Made by a program: the position numbers and the translations under genes. 64,000 nt of DNA from Eledone cirrhosa. Lineage: Eukaryota. The notes below the pieces were generated by a model, which saw only the letters and a program-made list of their open reading frames with translations, ran no database searches and was not told the DNA's origin. The stretch is taken from assembly GCA_964016885.1 (NCBI GenBank), contig OZ024753.1:35898001-35962000 (forward strand), given 5' to 3'. Positions 35,259-48,700 of this stretch are shown here, in pieces; position 1 is the stretch's first letter, and every line of letters starts with the position of its first letter.

Positions 35259-38200
35259 CAACTAGATATATTAAAATTATATATGTATATATTATAGTTA
35301 TATATATATATTATATTTATTTAATTAAAATATATATTTATATATATTTAATAAAATATATGTGTATAAATACATTTATATATATATATTATATACATAT
35401 AATATATATACCTTATATATGTAGTATATATCTCTAAGGTGGGTAAAATTCCCGAGATCCATGGACGAGTGCTCTCCAGCGGTCTCTGTCCCTCATTATC
35501 GCTACCATGTCCTGCGTCTCCAACAGACCAGTGTCTGTCCTTAGGGCATCAACATACGTTAAACTTGGTCTTCCTCTTCCAGTGTGTCCATGTAGGGGCT
35601 CCCACAGGAGCACTGAGTGCAATGTCGGTGAGCATATCCAGCTAACCTCAGTCTCCTCTGTGTCACTTTTGAGCTGACTTTTGGGATGCTCCCATACAGC
35701 TCTGAGTTTTTCATCCTCAGTGTATACTGATTAATGTTCAGAGCCATTCTCAGCATTCTCGTGTAGCACCCATCCACCAACTGAGTGAGTTTCTTGGTCA
35801 GTAACCAAGTCTCAGATCCGTACAGCAGCACAGACTCCACTATTTGGTGACAAATACAGTGAAGGAGGCAGAGGATTTGATGCAGGAGGTTGAGACTGTC
35901 GATGAGTGTGGGGATGAGACTAAAACAATATCTGGTAGAGAATGTTGAGAAGCCAGAGGGGGTCACTAATGTAGGTGGGAAGCCGCTAGAATTGGTTGAG
36001 GACTTCCTGTATTTGGGAGCAAAGATTGGGAATACGGAAGATGATGTGGTTGAGAGGAAGAGCAAGGCCTGGGCGGCGTGCCACAGCTTGAGATCGGTGT
36101 GGAAGTCGGACCTTCGTAGAGACCTGAAAATCCGCCTCTTCATTGCTGTAGTATATATAATATATATATGTATGTATTAATATATATAGTAATTATTTAT
36201 ATAAATATAAATATATATATATACGATATATAAAATGGGAAGTATACAATCTAAAAAGAATCGAACTCACGATCGTGAAGTCGCAATGGCTTTAAATACT
36301 TTGCGCATGCGCACTGATGTCTACTTTTTTGCGCATGTGTAATTGGCTTAATTCTGTTTCGCAAAAACAAAATGGCCGCTGGAACAACTTCATGTTTTCC
36401 AACCTGAATGAAAAACGTTAAAAACTTGGAATTTACTATTTATAAGGAGGTAAAGTAAAGTTTTATTTTATGTTGTCTGTTCCACTTTACATGTGTGTGC
36501 AGTTGATTGTCAATCTGCCACTCCTAGTAAGCAGTTAGAACCATTGAAGTATACCTACATGGCACACCAAAACCACCCTCCTCCATAGTTGGTTAATTAC
36601 AGGTGAGAGGGTAATTGAAGCAGTTTAAGGACGTATACTTCTCGTGGGAACCTCTACGGCCTGCTACTTCTCGTAGGATCCTCTTGGTCAATGCCAGGTT
36701 AGATAGGGACATAGGCACTTTAAAGGCGTAAACATCTCGTACGATCCTCTACGGCCAGCTAAACCATAATCAGTGCCTACTTAGAGGGCGTAAACATCTC
36801 GTAGCATCCTCTACAGCCAGCTAAAGCCTGGTCTATGTCGTGAGAGGGCAATTGAAGCACTTTAAGGGCGTAAACTTCTCGTACGATAATCTCTGGCTAG
36901 AGGGTGAAAGAAGCAGTTTTAGAATGCCAACTCAGCCAAGATGAAAGGCAAACCTAACCATAACAGGAGGGTTTCGACTCAGAAAGTCGCAACTAAATAT
37001 TGTAAAACAACCTGTCCGACATTCTAGCGATACTGAGTGTTGTAACATAAAAATTGCTCAAGAAAAACCGTATGTCAATACGGCGCCCTTATCATGAGTT
37101 ACAGGACAATACGATACCATATATATATCTATATATGCTGTACTTAGGCCCGGGCTCCGCTAGGCTTTAAGAATTGCTCAAGAAACAGCGTATGTCAATA
37201 CGGCGCTAGTAACAGGAGTATTTCAACTTTGAAGATTGTAGAAAGTCGCATCTAAATATCGTAAAACTATCTGTCCAACATTCTAGCGATACTGAGTGTT
37301 GTAAGGTGAAATCAGAAGTCTCTGCGACTTGTGATTATAAATTATACAAGTTGAGAAATACACCTGGAAGAAATCTGCTTTACCCAGACCTGGCGGAGCC
37401 CAGCTAGGCACAAGTTGAAAAACGTAAATCTGGAATAAATCTGCTGTTCTCAAGCTTTAAAAAATACCAAAGAAACACCGTATGTCAATACGGCATTCAT
37501 ATCAGGAGTTACAGGATGTCAATACAGCGCCCTTAATAGGAGTTACAGGACAATACCATACCATATATATAAATTCTGTACTTAGACACGGGAAGGGACG
37601 GGCTCTGCCAGGCTTTAAAAATACCGTTGCCGCCGTGGCTACTGTGAAAAACGACTTTTACAGGTCTTGGGACAATGCTCACCCCATGACATCAAGATCA
37701 TCCTGACGGACCCAAACGCTCACATCATCATCATCTGCCGGGTCCACAGAAGAGCTCAACTCGACAATATTGATCATCGGTTGCTGGTTGCGAACGGACC
37801 CTGACACCAAGTCTGGGTGTGACGTCCTTGTAAACTCAAGACCCCTTCCCAAACGGCCCTTTTTAAATTGTCGCCAGCGCTGCTCAACAGGATACACATG
37901 AAAGTAATTCATTCGGAATACATTTTTTTTCATTAAAAAAAATTGTTAATGCGTTGTATATATTTATATGTATATATTCCTAATAAATGTAGCGGTCCTG
38001 GCGTCAGTAAGCAATCTAAATTTTTAATTATTCATTGAAGAAAAAGATATAAACGAAATGAATGGAGGTAATTTGTTCAGAATTGAAATTTTCATGAGAA
38101 AATTGTTAGTGCCAGACGATACTTTTAATGAATATAATTTCATAATTTATAGAGAAAAAAATGTTCAGAGGTCGAATCCCTCATCGTCACCATACCACCA

Positions 38201-39720
38201 ATGCGCTAATAATTTTCTTGTAAAAATATCTTTACTCAGAACCCCAAATTACTTCCCTTCGTTTCGTTTATATTTTTTTAAAACAAAAATTGCGAAAAGT
38301 ACCCATTCGTAGTTGCGTGCGATTGCTAAGTGGGCCTGCGACTGTCTGGGCCAGTACATAGATACTGGCTCGTCCCAGACTACCTCGGAGAATATTTTTG
38401 CTAAAAAAAATGTGAATTATCTCCCCTTCGATTTTACCTCCTTTGATTTTAAGAATCCATTTTGAATTAGCTACTTAATGTTTCTTTCGACTTTTCAAAA
38501 ACACTCATTTCATATAGATTTTTTTTTCTTGACACTTCATTTAGATTCTTAGTTTCTCTTTTTTAGACACTTCATCTAGATGCTTAGTTTCTTTAGACAC
38601 TGTTCAAGGAAGACGAGACAACTCATATTCTAAAAGATTTACTTCCCTTTATTAAGACTTTATTCAATGGAAATAACTCTTACTTTGTAAGAGTTACCTT
38701 CCTTTATGCTTTCAGATATTTTCGAAAACTTTAGTTTCTTTATTTAGAAGAAACTTCATATACACTTACGTTCTTTATAGTACGTCTTACTCAGTTTCTT
38801 GTAGACTCTTGATTTCTTTATTCATTTTTGTCAAAATAAACTGAACACAATTCGTATATAAGATATAAACTTTCTTTATTCATTTTTGTCAAAATAAACT
38901 GAATACAATTCGTACATATGTAATTTTTCTTTATTAACAGAAACTACGCCATTCCCACTTGTTACGGCACACATCTGTAAAAAGAAATGAAAGTCGTTTA
39001 CATACGTTATCAATAAAAAGAATATTAAACTTTATAAGATTCACCCGATTTTGTCTTTTCTTATATATACATTTAAATAGAGGAAACTAAGAATGTAGAT
39101 GAAGTGTATAAAGAAGAATGTAAATGGTTATTGGTTACGTAGATTAACAGTTAAAGCGATCTGGTTAATATTTGATTACGACGATGATATCTAAAAAACA
39201 ACAACAGCAACAACTAAGAATGTAGACGAGTTTCTAAAGAAAGAAACTTCATCTACATTCTTAATTGTTTTTTAGGAATGACAATGACGAAAAAAGAAAC
39301 TAAGAATGTAAATGAAGTGTTGAAAAGGAACAAAGAAAGTAAATGAAGTGTTGAAAAGGAACAAAGAATGTAAATGGTTCTATGTGATATCGATCTAGTT
39401 AACACTAACTAACAGTTAAGTGTTGAAAATTGTGGAGATTGTGTCGCTGCATGTGGCATCCCAGACGAGAGGTTTACCACCGTGGAACGGGAAGATGGTC
39501 ATGACATCTGGCCTGTTGCCGTCCCCTCGGTCCAACTAGAGCAGCATAGCGTGACAGAATAGCACTGTAGCGACATTTGTAAGGTGGTCTGTTGCCATCC
39601 AAGATCGTCAAACTTGATGTTGCATATCTCCTCAGCTGCCGCTCAGATACAAGTGTCAAGGTCAGCAAGGAGAGATGCATGGCATGGCTCTAAGTAGGCA
39701 CTGACTACAAAAGGTTTCTA
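35259..39720 (+). mobile_element. Partial copy of the large foldback-like TIR element family
   Basis: 36160-36900 is closely similar to 53745-54600; 38500-39420 matches the 55690-59100 modules; the left end matches the reverse complement of 61021-61060. Confidence 0.65.
35432..36146 (-). mobile_element. RTE/RTEX-type LINE 3' fragment with 5' inversion and 12-bp TSD
   Basis: Minus part encodes VESVLLYGSETW...RGRP...WRALV; plus part encodes VEDFLYLG...KIRLFIA; TSD tgtagtatatat at 35420 and 36147. Confidence 0.85.
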
Positions 39721-40487
39721 GCTACGTACAAGAGGACGTGTGTGCAAGAAATGAAGCTGCCATGCTTCGTTGTGTGTGTAAGAAATAGAGAAGATAATAA
39801 AAATGTAGCTGTATATAGAGGTATTTTCCTGTGTAGGAGGTTTATATATTTTTTTTAGTAGAAAGTATAGAGGTTTATATGTATGTCTCTAAAAAGAGAA
39901 GATAATAAAACGTATTTTTGTGTCTCGTGAATATCTGCTAGTGTTGACAAGCTTTACAACGTATTCAATAAAGAAAGATCTACAGAATGAGGTTTATAGA
40001 GAGAAATTTGTGTTATATTTCTTAGAAGAGGTAACTTTATTTGTATGTGTATTTTTTTTTAGTTTATAAAGAAAGCATGTGTCGAGTGGATGAAGATGTA
40101 CCAGAAAGCCACAGGAGATACATCTTCACATGAACACAATATCCAATGTGAGTGTATAGAGAGGTTTAGAGATAGCCCTAGTATACAGCAAAGAAAACAT
40201 TACATACTCTTTTACATTAAAACAATATCCTATTGTGATTTATGTAAAAAAGACCAGTAATTTTCAAAAGGCCTCTACAATACGGTAGAAATATTTGAAT
40301 GTCAAATGATGACAAATGAAAGAAAATTAAGTAATATTTTATTCAGTGTATTTCTTCAAATATGGAGCTGACTCAGTTCTAAACAAAACAGTTAATGTCC
40401 TTATCCTCAACTGACTTGCTTGTATGCAATACGGTAATGAATTCTCAAATGCGTGTTAGAGACATGGAGGCCAGTTAAGGACTTGTT

Positions 40488-40548
<61 letters not shown>

Positions 40549-41678
40549 CTTTGGCCCCACTTGGTCACGAATGACCATGGTTTTGCACCTAGAAAGTTTC
40601 TCTCCGAGGCACAAGCCTGGGCAGTTTGTTTTTGTGGAAGACCAGCAGTCGCCCATGCATACCAGTCTCCCCTCTCCACGCCTCTGATGTTGACACTGAC
40701 CGATACAGCTTGGCACCAGTGATGTCGCAACTCATTTCTACAGCTGAGTAAACTGTGAAATAAAGTGTCTTGCTCAAGGACAACGCATCACCCGGTCAGA
40801 GAATTGAACTCACAACCTCTGAATTGCAACCCCAATGCTCTAACCACTAACCCATATATATCTATACATATATATAGTCATGGCTTCGGCAGTTTGTTGT
40901 GTTTTTGTACAACACGCGCGATTTAATGTTGCTCTTTTATGATAGAGCTGGAAACCCTTTCATTAAAACATGATAAACGAGATGCAATCTCATATAAGGC
41001 CAAAATAGAAAATTCTACATACAAGTGAGCTGTAGAGTCACTAAAGATTTAGAATCTTTAACATATTATTTTTTGAAATTCCAAAAAGAAAGAGAATATA
41101 AAATAGATTACTGTTCCAGCACTTTATTGTTTTAATCATCATCATCATCATCATCATTTTACGTCCGCTTTTCTCTGCTTGCTAGGGTGGGACAGGAACT
41201 GATTCTGACTTGATTTCTACCAACCTCATTTACAGTGAGTGCTGGGTGCTTTTTTTTCCGTGGCGCCTACACGTCCACTTTACAGTGTGGGCTGGGTGGT
41301 TTTTTGCACCTCCACGACCACTTTGCAGTGGAATGATAGGGAACCCGGTCCTATCATCTAATTTCTACAGCTGAGTAAACTGGAGCAATGTGAAATAAAG
41401 TGTCTTGCTCAAGGAAACAACATATCACCTGGTCTGAGAACTGAACTCACAACCTTTCGATTGCAAGGCCAAACTAAACCAGATGCCTCCATTAATATCC
41501 AAATATATTTCCTTTCTCTTTGAAGTGTCTAAATCTATTGTTTTAATTAAGAGTTATGTTTTAATCTTTAATAAATTAAAACTGAAACAACATTTTAAAT
41601 TTTCAGAAAAAGTAGAACAACTAATACTTTCAAAAGTGTTTTTATAAACTAAAAAATGTATTTATACACTTTTTAATG

Positions 41679-41732
<54 letters not shown>

Positions 41733-42759
41733 TGTTAGTTCACTATTTTCAGGAAGCCCTGATGATTTCTCCCGAATGAAACAGTTCTAGTCCTGTAGAA
41801 GCCTTTTCTATATTAAATATATATATATATAACAAGACTAGAAACGATCATAAAGCAGTGAAGTATTTTCCTAATGACTTGAATTTTTATTTCATTGTTT
41901 TAACTTATATATAACAAGACTAGTGTAGTTGTAAATACCGTAATATTAATTAATCAATTTCTGTTTTAAAAAATTGATTAAAATATTATTTAATTAAAAT
42001 ATTTTTTTAATGCAATTCTTAATATCTTATAAGGCGGTGAATTCGCAAATTGTTAGATCATTGGATGAAATGTGTTGTCGTGGTTTTTGTTCCGGTTCTC
42101 TTCTCTCTGGATTCAAATCCAACTGAGGTTAACTATATTGATAAATAAATAAAATAATATTCCAGTTCTGTACTGAGGGAGTGATTCTTTCTCCCTCACT
42201 CTTTGAGGGGGAAAAGTGTCAGTTGCCTCTTAGTGTAATGGTAAGGTACTAACTAACACAGTATTCGAGAGATATGGGGTTTGATTCTTCCTAGGTGTCT
42301 CTGTTTATATTATATATATACAATATAGTATAACATATATATATAATATAATATATATATAATATATATTTATTATATAGATATGTATTATATATAATAT
42401 ATAGCCTTACCTGTTTTGTATTTTCTCCATCTTCACCTATAGTTAAACCAATACAAACAAACACAAGCAAAATGCAACATTAAACCTATTTCTTGGCTTC
42501 AGAAATAAACACAGAAGAAAAAAAGATAACTTTTGAGGGTTTCAATTTTTTATTTTTTAAATTCTTCTTTGACATGAATTTTTCTTCTTCTTCTTCTCTT
42601 GTCTAAATACATTTTTCTTCTTCAGACAACAATATTTTGACAGGTTTTGCGGAACCATTCCTTTAGCAATTGTAAAGTGTGAGCCCCAGATAACATCAGT
42701 GATACGGTTTAGTACAGAACTAAAGGGAGAAAATGATATCTTCAACAGAGTCGTAATAT

Positions 42760-43080
42760 GAGAGTGCTTTGCCCTGTGTCAGTTAACAGGGGCCCTATTA
42801 ATTAATAATACGAGTGTGCCTAGCCTTGTATGGTTGAACAAACAACAGGGATCCTGTTAAGTTGCAATAGGGGAATGTGCTTAACTCTGCATAGCTGAAC
42901 AGGCCAGGAACTCTATCAATAATAGGAGAGTGTGCTTAACTCTGTACAATTGAACAAAGAACAGGGACCCTATTAAGTTATAAAATAACAGTGTGTGTGT
43001 CTAACCTTGTATGGCTTAACAGACCAGAGACCCTCTTAATCTATAATAGGAGGATGTGCTTTACTCCTTGTGGCTGAACT
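42760..43080. repeat. Degenerate ~60-bp tandem repeat, ~6 copies
   Basis: Recurrent gtgtgcttaactctg...tgaacag...gaccctattaa...aatagg. Confidence 0.6.
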
Positions 43081-43576
43081 AGAAATGAAAATACTAAAGG
43101 AAATCAGTGCAGCACAGAGTGGATAGATGTGTAGATATGATAAACGAGAATGTAAGACCAGTCTAATAAATACCAAACTTATAATAAAATTAATAAACAA
43201 TATTTAGTATCTCTAAAGTAGCAGTAAATTGGTCAGAGAAACTATCAGGAACAGAGTTTATACAGAGTATGTGGCTAAGAAAAATAAAAAAAGAGGATAC
43301 ATTATTGTAGAGTATTGAGCATATATATTGGGATATTGCACAGCTCAATATCAAAGTAAGGAATAATAATTACCAATAGTGGATCACAGATCAATTGCAG
43401 TGCTGACTTGAAAGTAAAGGGTGAGGTTAAAAGTAGAGAATAAGACAAGTAGTACAACATCAACTGTAGAATATTCTCTGCCATTCACTAGAATCTCTTT
43501 ACACCATAGTGTGTTATATAGTAGTAGAGCCTGCCAACATATCATAACTAACACTATACAGCAGTGATCATAGGGA

Positions 43577-43605
<29 letters not shown>

Positions 43606-43609
<4 letters not shown>

Positions 43610-44172
43610 TGTTATACTTTGGGAGGGTCATGTTGCCAATAAGAAACACACGCACCAGTTGCTTTCACTTCAATTTAATTTATTATATATTTATAAATTT
43701 ACAAATTTATAAATTTCTGGTTGGTTGGTTGGTTCCACAACCAGATAGTTGTTTATATATATATAGTCATAGTTCTTTCGTCACACACTCTGTGACCTCT
43801 TCAGTGACTGGGGATTTCTTTCTTCGTTTCTGTGCCTTTCCTTTCTTCTATCCTACGCCAAAATGGCGTAGGATAAAAGAAAGGAAAGGCACAGAAACGA
43901 AGAAAGAAATCCCCAGTCACTGAAGAGGTCACAGAGTGTGTGACGAAAGAACTATGACTATATATATATAAACAACTATCTGGTTGTGGAACCAACCAAC
44001 CAACCAGAAATTTATAAATTTGTAAATTTATAAATATATAATAAATTAAATTGAAGTGAAAGCAACTGGTGCGTGTGTTTCTTATTGGCAACATGACCCT
44101 CCCAAAGTATAACAATATCGGTTTCAACACACGATTTCAGATAAAGAATCTTGCTAAACAAATTCAGAAACG

Positions 44173-44175
<3 letters not shown>
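43606..44175 (+). mobile_element. Penelope-like inverted pLTR: 255-bp arms, 3-nt loop, 3' tail, in (TA)n
   Basis: Arms 43606-43860 and 43864-44118 with one mismatch; a hammerhead in each arm. Confidence 0.7.
43915..43959 (+). ncRNA. Minimal type I hammerhead ribozyme motif (second family; mirror copy at 43765-43809 on -)
   Basis: AGUCA-CUGAAGA-G-GUCACA GAGUG UGUGAC-GAAA G AA C UA-UGACU. Confidence 0.75.
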
Positions 44176-44220
<45 letters not shown>

Positions 44221-44255
44221 CTATATATATGTGTATGTGTGTCTATATATATGTG

Positions 44256-44286
<31 letters not shown>

Positions 44287-44345
44287 CTATATATATGTGT
44301 ATGTGTGTCTATATATATATATGTATATATATATATGTGTGTGTA

Positions 44346-44394
<49 letters not shown>

Positions 44395-44404
44395 GTATGT
44401 GTAT
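44176..44404. repeat. (TA)n/(TG)n compound microsatellite
   Basis: Direct reading. Confidence 0.95.
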
Positions 44405-44585
44405 CAATCAATATTAACAAGATGAGGAATAAAAAATAAAACTCTAGATGAAACCTGTGATATAGATTGTGATTCTATAGTCGCAGTTTAAGAGTGTGGG
44501 GTGGGGTTGTGGTAGGTTTATGTGTACACACACGTCCTCATCCTCATCATCTAGCATCGTCATCATCATCATCCGTTTTTCCTGC

Positions 44586-45567
44586 TATGTGGACCACTTT
44601 ATGTGGACCACCTTATGATGAGCCATGTCCTATGTGGACCACTTTATGTGGACCACCTTATGATGAGCCATGTCCTATGTGGACCACTTTATGTGGACCA
44701 CCTTATGATGAGCCATGTCCTATGTGGACCACTTTATGTGGACCACCTTATGATGAGCCATGTCCTATGTGGACCACTTTATGTGGACCACCTTATGATG
44801 AGCCATGTCCTATGTGGACCACTTTATGTGGACCACCTTATGATGAGCCATGTCCTATGTGGACCACTTTATGTGGACCACCTTATGATGAGCCATGTCC
44901 TATGTGGACCACTTTATGTGGACCACCTTATGATGAGCCATGTCCTATGTGGACCACTTTATGTGGACCACCTTATGATGAGCCATGTCCTATGTGGACC
45001 ACTTTATGTGGACCACCTTATGATGAGCCATGTCCTATGTGGACCACTTTATGTGGACCACCTTATGATGAGCCATGTCCTATGTGGACCACTTTATGTG
45101 GACCACCTTATGATGAGCCATATCCTATGTGGACCACTTTATGTGGACCACTTTATGTGGACCACCTTATGATGAGCCATGTCCTATGTGGACCACTTTA
45201 TGTGGACCACCTTATGATGAGCCATGTCCTATGTGGACCACCTTATGATGAGCCATGTCCTATGTGGACCACCTTATGATGAACCATGTCCTATGTGGAC
45301 CACCTTATGATGAGCCATGTCCTATGTGGACCACCTTATGATGAGCCATGTCCTATGTGGACCACCTTATGATGAGCCATGTCCTATGTGGACCACCTTA
45401 TGATGAGCCATGTCCTATGTGGACCACCTTATGATGAATCATGTCCTATGTGGACCACCTTATGATGAGCCATGTCCTATGTGGACCACCTTATGATGAG
45501 CCATGTCCTATGTGGACCACCTTATGATGAGCCATGTCCTATGTGGACCACCTTGGGATGAGCCATG
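44586..45567. repeat. Minisatellite: 45-bp units switching to 31-bp units
   Basis: tatgtggaccactt+tatgtggaccaccttatgatgagccatgtcc, then only the 31-mer. Confidence 0.97.
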
Positions 45568-45730
45568 TGGGTAGGTGGTTATTTAGGTATGTGGGTGGTT
45601 AGTAGAGGGAGAGAGACATGTGCACAATTTTTATCATAATTGTTTAAGATATTCTCCAAAAACAGAAAGTCCAATTTTACTGCTGTGTGATTTCAGGGAG
45701 GTTTGGCTGATATTTCTGCACGTGCCTCTT

Positions 45731-48700
45731 TCATCATCATCATCATCATCATCAGGTTTAACGTCCATGTTCCACGCTTGCATGGGTTTGGACGGGGTAG
45801 TCCCACTTGAGGCAAGAGTGATTGTCTTGCTCGCATAGGACTGTCTGGCGGGTTTTCTACGGCTGGATGCCCTTCCTAACACCAACCACATTTACAGTGT
45901 GGGGCTGGGAGGTTTTTACCGTGTTGCCTACACGGCCACATTACAGCGTGGACTGTCTGGCGGGTTTTCTACAGCTGGATGCCCTTCCTAACACCAACCA
46001 CATTTACAGTGTGGGGCTGGGAGGTTTTTACCGTGTTGCCTACACGGCCACATTACAGCGTGGACTGTCTGGCGGGTTTTCTACAGCTGGATGCCCTTCC
46101 TAACACCAACCACATTTACAGTGTGGGGCTGGGAGGTTTTTACCGTGTTGCCTACACGGCCACATTACAGCGTGGACTGTCTGGCGGGTTTTCTACAGCT
46201 GGATGCCCTTCCTAACACCAACCACATTTACAGTGTGGGGCTGGGAGGTTTTTACCGTGTTGCCTACACGGCCACATTACAGCGTGGACTGTCTGGCGGG
46301 TTTTCTACAGCTGGATGCCCTTCCTAACACCAACCACATTTACAGTGTGGGGCTGGGAGGTTTTTACCGTGTTGCCTACACGGCCACATTACAGCGTGGA
46401 CTGTCTGGCGGGTTTTCTACGGCTGGATGCCCTTCCTAACACCAACCACATTTACAGTGTGGGGCTGGGAGGTTTTTACCGTGTTGCCTACACGGCCACA
46501 TTACAGCGTGGACTGTCTGGCGGGTTTTCTACGGCTGGATGCCCTTCCTAACACCAACCACATTTACAGTGTGGGGCTGGGAGGTTTTTACCGTGTTGCC
46601 TACACGGCCACATTACAGCGTGGACTGTCTGGCGGGTTTTCTACGGCTGGATGCCCTTCCTAACACCAACCACATTTACAGTGTGGGGCTGGGAGGTTTT
46701 TACCGTGTTGCCTACACGGCCACATTACAGCGTGGACTGTCTGGCGGGTTTTCTACAGCTGGATGCCCTTCCTAACACCAACCACATTTACAGTGTGGGG
46801 CTGGGAGGTTTTTACCGTGTTGCCTACACGGCCACATTACAGCGTGGACTGTCTGGCGGGTTTTCTACGGCTGGATGCCCTTCCTAACACCAACCACATT
46901 TACAGTGTGGGGCTGGGAGGTTTTTACCGTGTTGCCTACACGGCCACATTACAGCGTGGACTGTCTGGCGGGTTTTCTACGGCTGGATGCCCTTCCTAAC
47001 ACCAACCACATTTACAGTGTGGGGCTGGGAGGTTTTTACCGTGTTGCCTACACGGCCACATTACAGCGTGGACTGTCTGGCGGGTTTTCTACGGCTGGAT
47101 GCCCTTCCTAACACCAACCACATTTACAGTGTGGGGCTGGGAGGTTTTTACCGTGTTGCCTACACGGCCACATTACAGCGTGGACTGTCTGGCGGGTTTT
47201 CTACGGCTGGATGCCCTTCCTAACACCAACCACATTTACAGTGTGGGGCTGGGAGGTTTTTACCGTGTTGCCTACACGGCCACATTACAGCGTGGACTGT
47301 CTGGCGGGTTTTCTACAGCTGGATGCCCTTCCTAACACCAACCACATTTACAGTGTGGGGCTGGGAGGTTTTTACCGTGTTGCCTACACGGCCACATTAC
47401 AGCGTGGACTGTCTGGCGGGTTTTCTACAGCTGGATGCCCTTCCTAACACCAACCACATTTACAGTGTGGGGCTGGGAGGTTTTTACCGTGTTGCCTACA
47501 CGGCCACATTACAGCGTGGACTGTCTGGCGGGTTTTCTACAGCTGGATGCCCTTCCTAACACCAACCACATTTACAGTGTGGGGCTGGGAGGTTTTTACC
47601 GTGTTGCCTACACGGCCACATTACAGCGTGGACTGTCTGGCGGGTTTTCTACAGCTGGATGCCCTTCCTAACACCAACCACATTTACAGTGTGGGGCTGG
47701 GAGGTTTTTACCGTGTTGCCTACACGGCCACATTACAGCGTGGACTGTCTGGCGGGTTTTCTACAGCTGGATGCCCTTCCTAACACCAACCACATTTACA
47801 GTGTGGGGCTGGGAGGTTTTTACCGTGTTGCCTACACGGCCACATTACAGCGTGGACTGTCTGGCGGGTTTTCTACAGCTGGATGCCCTTCCTAACACCA
47901 ACCACATTTACAGTGTGGGGCTGGGAGGTTTTTACCGTGTTGCCTACACGGCCACATTACAGCGTGGACTGTCTGGCGGGTTTTCTACGGCTGGATGCCC
48001 TTCCTAACACCAACCACATTTACAGTGTGGGGCTGGGAGGTTTTTACCGTGTTGCCTACACGGCCACATTACAGCGTGGACTGTCTGGCGGGTTTTCTAC
48101 AGCTGGATGCCCTTCCTAACACCAACCACATTTACAGTGTGGGGCTGGGAGGTTTTTACCGTGTTGCCTACACGGCCACATTACAGCGTGGACTGTCTGG
48201 CGGGTTTTCTACGGCTGGATGCCCTTCCTAACACCAACCACATTTACAGTGTGGGGCTGGGAGGTTTTTACCGTGTTGCCTACACGGCCACATTACAGCG
48301 TGGACTGTCTGGCGGGTTTTCTACAGCTGGATGCCCTTCCTAACATCAACCACATTTACAGTGTGGGGCTGGGAGGTTTTTACCGTGTTGCCTACACGGC
48401 CACATTACAGCGTGGACTGTCTGGCGGGTTTTCTACAGCTGGATGCCCTTCCTAACATCAACCACATTTACAGTGTGGGGCTGGGAGGTTTTTACCGTGT
48501 TGCCTACACGGCCACATTACAGCGTGGACTGTCTGGCGGGTTTTCTACAGCTGGATGCCCTTCCTAACATCAACCACATTTACAGTGTGGGGCTGGGAGG
48601 TTTTTACCGTGTTGCCTACACGGCCACATTACAGCGTGGACTGTCTGGCGGGTTTTCTACAGCTGGATGCCCTTCCTAACACCAACCACATTTACAGTGT

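Noticed and set aside
41751-41806. Hammerhead core as an active ribozyme
   Set aside because: The core is present but stem I pairs poorly; it looks like the mirror arm of a truncated palindrome
43564-44130. Two near-identical ORFs on opposite strands
   Set aside because: A consequence of the palindrome; no protein features
44494-45279. 261-aa Cys/Pro-rich repeat protein (MWTTLCGPPYDEPCP)n
   Set aside because: A by-product of the 45-bp unit; the frame collapses when the unit becomes 31 bp; no splice or promoter context
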